Positions 7,669 through 11,849 of a DNA stretch of 11,849 nt are shown one piece after another (positions within the stretch are counted from its first letter, which is position 1; every line of letters starts with the position of its first letter). Below the pieces are notes generated by a model that was given only the letters and a program-made list of their open reading frames with translations, made no database searches and was not told the origin of the DNA. The DNA is taken from the NCBI GenBank assembly GCA_050298055.1, contig JBNKTL010000067.1, positions 3,702 to 15,550 of the forward strand, given 5' to 3'. A program made the translations under genes and the position numbers. Source of the stretch: Spirochaetota bacterium. Its GTDB lineage: Bacteria > Spirochaetota > UBA4802 > UBA5550.

Positions 7669-8496
7669 TTACTGCTCTTTGCCACCCGTCTTCTTAAACA
7701 GCTTCCCGTCCCAGAGATAATTCTCGGTGCTCCTGTCTATCTCCTTCCCGCATACTGACTCACTTTTAATGATGACGGTATTGATATTTTTCTCCCTCTC
7801 TCCTGGGAAAAAGATCATCTCCTTTCCGGTTATTCCCGCGCAGTTGACCTGGTCCCCGTCCATATCAAAATTGTATTTTACGTCAAATGCCGAAAGGATC
7901 TTTTTATTGTTCATATAAAAGAAATGTTCTCCGTCAATACCGGGATAGGAGACGCTATACCTGATGCTGAAGAGTTTTACCGGGGGAGAAAACTTTTTTC
8001 CGGGATAGTAGATAAGCTGCTTCAGGGCAATATCGGTGTCTCCGGTTACCTCTTTTTCGGTGATGAGTCTTTTGTCTTTTGAAATTCGTATCAGTATAAC
8101 CGGGTATTGGCGGATACTGTTTCTTGCCAGTATGGTTTCATGTTTTCCGTCATTATCGATATCCGCTTCAAAGGCGTAAGGGGTTAACAGACCCCCCCAT
8201 ATGTAGCCTTCCAGAGCGCCTGCTTTTATTTTATACCAGAAGTCCTCCAGTCCTTTTACCTTCAGCGGCTGAGCTGTTTTTTTTATGATCCTGATTTTTT
8301 TCCCAATGGTGAGAAGGCCTGCCTTTTTCCCTCCTGTTGAAGGTCGTGAACGTATATTGACCCGGTCCCCGAATATAAAAACGGTGCTCCCCGGTTTTAA
8401 TCCCGGATTGTTTTCATCGGGGAGTGCCGATGAAAAAGAAAAAGGATCAATAAGAAGAAAGAAAACAATCATTAATAATACAGAATAATATTTCAT
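7669..8496 (-). CDS. Secreted SH3b-domain-containing protein
   Basis: 275 aa. N-terminal signal peptide; bacterial SH3 pattern VNIRSRPS...G..I.II...FWYKIK...EGYIWGGLL; then DIDNDG (DxDxDG) and a beta-rich C-terminus ending YLWDGKLFKK. AGGGA upstream. Confidence 0.82.
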   Translation of the reverse strand: MKYYSVLLMIVFFLLIDPFSFSSALPDENNPGLKPGSTVFIFGDRVNIRSRPSTGGKKAGLLTIGKKIRIIKKTAQPLKVKGLEDFWYKIKAGALEGYIWGGLLTPYAFEADIDNDGKHETILARNSIRQYPVILIRISKDKRLITEKEVTGDTDIALKQLIYYPGKKFSPPVKLFSIRYSVSYPGIDGEHFFYMNNKKILSAFDVKYNFDMDGDQVNCAGITGKEMIFFPGEREKNINTVIIKSESVCGKEIDRSTENYLWDGKLFKKTGGKEQ

Positions 8497-8696
8497 AACA
8501 ATGTCCCTGTATGAATAGTTGGTTTTTTATAACTACTCAGCTATATGGCTATAATTATCTTTTTTAATGATACTCATTGATAATAATATTTCAAGCAGAT
8601 TAATATATTTTTTATTCCCTGCTCTTCGCTTGATAGGAGATGTTTTGCCTGTTTCTTCCCTGTTATTTCCCAATCAATTAATATAAAAATTTCTAC

Positions 8697-8725
8697 TTGT
8701 ATACTCTATTTTTTCAATGTAAACT
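8697..8725 (+). promoter_or_regulatory. Putative sigma70 promoter for the binding protein/kinase operon
   Basis: TTGTAT (8697-8702), 17 bp, TAAACT (8720-8725). The AT-rich background makes chance matches possible. Confidence 0.4.
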
Positions 8726-8828
8726 ACGGATTATTCTTATAAAGCGGCAGTGGTAAAAAAAGGAAATTCAATTACGATTTATTATTTTTATAAAGATATT
8801 ATATATATTATTTTTCCGGAGGTGAAAA

Positions 8829-9677
8829 ATGATCATTCACCGATTCAGATTAAAAATTCACATTCTCCTTCTGATGGTATTTCTTATCCCGGGGGCGGGG
8901 CCTGCTTCAGAAAAAAAAACCTATACTATCGGAGTCATCCCTACCTGGCCCCCGGTTGTGACCTATGCGCAATGGTCCCCATTTGTGGAGAGACTTTCTC
9001 ATGATACCGGTCTGAAGCTGCGGCTCAGGGTTTATGAAAAAATGTCTGACTTTGAACGTGAGATAATTACTTCAAAGGGCCCTGATTTCATATTCGCCAA
9101 CGCTTTGCAGGCAGTTATTGCCCACAGGGAACAGGGATATATCCCCCTTGTCAGGGGTAAGAACGGTGTTGAAGGCATACTCTTTGTAAAAAGAGACTCA
9201 AATATAAGGAATGTGGAGGATCTCTCCGGAAAAAGGATTGCCTTTGTGGGAAGCAAGAACCTTTGAACAGTCTTTATCAGACACGTGCTGTCTGAAAAGA
9301 GCAGCAAACTGAATTTTAAATATTCCTACACGGGGTCCACAAAGAACTCCATCATGAATGTTTTCCTGGGAAAAGCGGATGCGGGTGTTACCTTGAGTCC
9401 TGTTTTTGACACGGAACCGGAGAATATCAGGAACCGGGTCCGTGTTCTATTAAAAACAGAGAAAATAACTTCACACCCTCTCTGTTCCCATCCCCGTGTT
9501 CCGGAAGTGGTGAGAAAGATCTTCAAAAAAACGGTGCTGGCTCTGCCAAAAACCGAAAGGGGAAAGGAACTTCTGAAAAAGACGAGGCTTCCCATGCCGG
9601 TTGAAGCCGGATATAACCGGGACTACAGGTATTTACAAAAGGTGAATATTAAAAAACTGTCAGACTGGGGCATGTAA
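8829..9677 (+). CDS. PhnD-like (phosphate/phosphite/phosphonate-binding fold) periplasmic binding protein, predicted selenoprotein (Sec at codon 146, TGA 9264-9266), 282 aa
   Basis: Track ORFs 8829..9266 and 9285..9677 are in the same frame, separated only by one TGA: ...[27 protein letters not shown]... Joined, they give a full-length PhnD-like protein (signal peptide, [64 protein letters not shown]). GGAGG SD at 8818-8822; SECIS-like hairpin follows the TGA. Confidence 0.85.
9264..9300 (+). promoter_or_regulatory. Bacterial SECIS element (cis-acting Sec recoding hairpin)
   Basis: TGA-ACAG-TCTTT(A)TCAGACA-CGTGC-TGTCTGA-AAAGA: 12 Watson-Crick pairs with one bulged A and a 5-nt apical loop with GU at positions 2-3. 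There are 17 nt between the UGA and the loop, which fits the bacterial SECIS consensus. Confidence 0.82.
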
Positions 9678-9678
9678 T

Positions 9679-11849
9679 ATGGGTCTCTTCCCGCGTCACC
9701 TGAAGATGCAGATAGTCACAATGGTCACCACTATCCTTCTGGCAACGGGTGCCACAATAGGGTGGTTAAATGCCAGGAGGCATTCAGATTTTCTCGAAAA
9801 GTCCCTGCAGAGCAATGCAAAAACAATGACTCTTCATTATGCTGACCGGAGTGCCTATTATATGGTACTGGGTGATTTTGCGGGTTTAGAGAGCTTTCTT
9901 ATACGCTCGGCAGCACATTCTGATATTTCACAACTCCAGGTCTGCGAAACAAATGGATTTGTGCTGGGAAGCACAAAGAAGCATTCAAATGGTAAAAATG
10001 AGCCTGTGCGGGATAACGAGTTCATTATACCGCCTCTCACCTTCAGGGAGACCCTTGTAATTCAGGGTAACGATCTTATCATCTGGCAGCCAATTTCCGC
10101 GGGAACTCCCCTTGGGTGGTTAAAGGCCCGTTTCAATCTTGAATCGGTAAAAGCACTTCAGACTGAAGCATGGATGGAGATATTTTTCGTTACCCAGTTC
10201 TGGATCCTCTGCAGTGCTCTCCTCCTCCTCTTATTGCTGCGTCCTGTCGTCAGGGATATCGGTCTGCTGTCGAAATTTGCCAGGAGACTTGATGAAAAGA
10301 AAGGGGAAGAGGTAAACATCAGGGTTCAAACAGATGAAATTACGGAACTGGCAGCATCATTGAACCATGCTTCCCGCAGACTCTTCCAAACGGAAAACCA
10401 GCTGGTGGAAGAACAGGAGAGACTGAGATTCAGTGAGGAGAAGTACAGGAGGCTGATTCAGAAAGTAAAAGCCGCGGTGATAATGTACGGTACGGATGGC
10501 CGTATTCTTTCAGGAAATGTCATTGCCCGGCAGATGCTGGGAGTTTCCGAAAAGGAGATGCTTCAGGTAACAGAAGATGCTTTAGGCTTTAAACTCCTCC
10601 GGGAGGATGGATCAGAGATCCGATATGACTCCTATCCTGCGAACCTGGCTTTAACCCGGAACAGATACATGGACAACCGGATAATCGGCATCAGGAGAAA
10701 TGACCGGGAGGATGCAGTATGGGCTCTGGCCAGTACAGACTCCATGAAGGATGACAGCGGCAGAGTAACTGAAATCATACTGACCCTGATCGATATTACC
10801 GATTTGAAAAATGCCGAGGATGAAATAACAAGACATCAGCGCCATCTCGAGTCGCTGGTGCACGAAAGAACGTCTGAGCTTGAGAATGCAACAAAGCTGA
10901 ACCGGCAGTATCTAGACATTGCAGGTGTAATCCTTGTTGCCATAAATGCAGACCAGACGGTAACCATGATCAACAGCAAGGGGTGCGATGTTCTTGGTGC
11001 GGAATCCCATGAGATTATAGGTAAAAACTGGTTCACAACATTCATCCCCGAAAGAAACCGTGAAGATGTTCTCACCAGTTTTCATAAAATAATAACCGGT
11101 GAGATCGCACCTGTAGAATATTTTGAAAATCCTGTTTTAACCAGGGACGGGAAAGAGCGCCTTATAGCCTGGCACAATTCCCTCGTTAAAGATGATAAAG
11201 GGAAAATAACCGGTTCACTCAGTTCAGGTGAGGATATTACAGAGCAGAGGCGTGCCGAGGAACAGATACAAAAACTTAATGAAGACCTCCGGAAACGGGC
11301 AGCTGACCTTGAGGAAGCAAACAGGGAGCTTGAATCCTTCGCATATACGGTTTCACATGATCTCAGGGCACCAATAAGGCATATTGACGGTTTTGTAGGG
11401 CTCCTGGAAAAAAAAACCGGAGATAAGCTGGATAAAGAAGAGGCATACTATTTGCAGATGGTATCGCAATCGGCCAGAAAAATGGGTGAGTTGATCGACG
11501 ATCTTCTCTCCTTCTCACGGATGGGACGGCTGGCAATTAATCTGAAAAAAGTGGATCTGGATTATATGGTCCATGATATTGTGCGTGAACTTAGACCTGA
11601 CTGCAGGGGGAGGAGGATTAAGTGGCAAATCGGCAGGCTTCCTCAGGTTTTCGGTGACTATTCCATGCTTCGAATTGTTCTTATAAACCTGATTTCAAAT
11701 GCGGTGAAGTTTACAAAAAACCGTAAAGAGGCTGTGAAAATCCTTTCCAAGAGTCAGTATGTTGGTGCGGATTACGAAGTTATCGCCAACAGTATGACTG
11801 GCACTTTTGAGTATGAAAAAGGCGATAAGCGCGATGTGCCAGATTTCAA
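9679..11849 (+). CDS. Membrane-bound PAS-domain sensor histidine kinase (TM-periplasmic-TM-HAMP-PAS-PAS-HisKA-partial HATPase); open at window end, last ~38 codons are not kinase-like
   Basis: Not in the ORF track because there is no stop in the window. ATG 9679: [30 protein letters not shown] (TM1); [20 protein letters not shown] (TM2, ~10180-10239); [23 protein letters not shown]...DITDLK (PAS1); YLDIAGV...GEDITEQR (PAS2); H-box [16 protein letters not shown] (His at 11356-11358); [11 protein letters not shown]-box NLISNAVKF (to 11712). Confidence 0.92.
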   Translation, partial: MGLFPRHLKMQIVTMVTTILLATGATIGWLNARRHSDFLEKSLQSNAKTMTLHYADRSAYYMVLGDFAGLESFLIRSAAHSDISQLQVCETNGFVLGSTKKHSNGKNEPVRDNEFIIPPLTFRETLVIQGNDLIIWQPISAGTPLGWLKARFNLESVKALQTEAWMEIFFVTQFWILCSALLLLLLLRPVVRDIGLLSKFARRLDEKKGEEVNIRVQTDEITELAASLNHASRRLFQTENQLVEEQERLRFSEEKYRRLIQKVKAAVIMYGTDGRILSGNVIARQMLGVSEKEMLQVTEDALGFKLLREDGSEIRYDSYPANLALTRNRYMDNRIIGIRRNDREDAVWALASTDSMKDDSGRVTEIILTLIDITDLKNAEDEITRHQRHLESLVHERTSELENATKLNRQYLDIAGVILVAINADQTVTMINSKGCDVLGAESHEIIGKNWFTTFIPERNREDVLTSFHKIITGEIAPVEYFENPVLTRDGKERLIAWHNSLVKDDKGKITGSLSSGEDITEQRRAEEQIQKLNEDLRKRAADLEEANRELESFAYTVSHDLRAPIRHIDGFVGLLEKKTGDKLDKEEAYYLQMVSQSARKMGELIDDLLSFSRMGRLAINLKKVDLDYMVHDIVRELRPDCRGRRIKWQIGRLPQVFGDYSMLRIVLINLISNAVKFTKNRKEAVKILSKSQYVGADYEVIANSMTGTFEYEKGDKRDVPDF
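11719..11849 (+). other. In-frame fragment resembling an NrtA/CmpA/NasF-type nitrate ABC transporter substrate-binding protein (probable chimeric junction)
   Basis: Translation [43 protein letters not shown] matches my recollection of the conserved C-terminal half of proteobacterial NrtA-type proteins. It replaces the expected kinase G1 box (V.DNG.GF). Confidence 0.75.

Noticed and set aside
7457..8496. tRNA-Pro as an integration site for an island
   Set aside because: No integrase and no duplicate of the tRNA 3' end in the window; its downstream side has only terminators and a metabolic gene.
8538..8551. CAGCTA-ta-TGGCTA as a fourth operator copy
   Set aside because: Spacer is 2 bp rather than 5 bp and the ATGTATC tail is absent.
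9264..9266. TGA as Trp/Gly reassignment (genetic code 4 or 25)
   Set aside because: It is the only in-frame TGA inside any long gene here despite many Trp (TGG) and Gly codons, and TGA appears to act as a stop at 4473-4475.
8829..9677. Nonsense pseudogene or two separate genes (145 aa and 130 aa)
   Set aside because: No other lesions; the SD and signal peptide are intact; the second ORF has no SD; and a correctly spaced SECIS-like hairpin is present. Not fully excluded without reads and sel genes.
191..11075. Numerous alternative-frame and antisense ORFs in the track (e.g. 403..855, 1536..2108, 3574..4032, 5623..6024, 8750..9004, 10836..11075)
   Set aside because: They overlap well-supported genes and show no recognisable motifs; best explained as shadow ORFs.
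11408..11416. A9 tracts (here and at 8911-8919) as phase-variation or frameshift sites
   Set aside because: Both are in frame as GAA AAA AAA ACC (EKKT), and A/T runs are common in this window.
1..11849. CRISPR array, transposase, phage or defence genes
   Set aside because: No regularly spaced direct repeats and no such protein motifs seen; the three operator copies are ~0.9-1.7 kb apart and tied to promoters.

Overview
Bacterial genomic window with signs of a Spirochaetota origin (inference from a spirochaete-like lipobox, an SH3b protein and a DUF1564-like protein). Left part: a minus-strand Liv/HAAT-family ABC transporter (livK-like binding lipoprotein, terminator, then livH, livM and a partial livG), a small putative ribbon-helix-helix protein, and a plus-strand bifunctional 3-hydroxyacyl-CoA dehydrogenase/enoyl-CoA hydratase. 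The putative livH, livK and hydratase/dehydrogenase promoters all carry the same palindromic operator-like element (YAGCTA-N5-TAGCTAWWATGTATC) at the same position. Middle: tRNA-Pro(GGG) and a secreted SH3b-domain protein, both on the minus strand. Right part, the main discovery candidate: a PhnD-like periplasmic binding protein that the ORF track splits in two is probably one 282-codon selenoprotein gene, with an in-frame TGA at 9264-9266 followed by a consensus-fitting bacterial SECIS hairpin. It has no transporter partners in the window and sits 1 nt upstream of a TM-HAMP-PAS-PAS histidine kinase, which suggests a selenocysteine-based sensing system. The last ~115 nt switch in frame from kinase sequence to NrtA/CmpA-type nitrate-binding-protein sequence, most likely a chimeric contig end.
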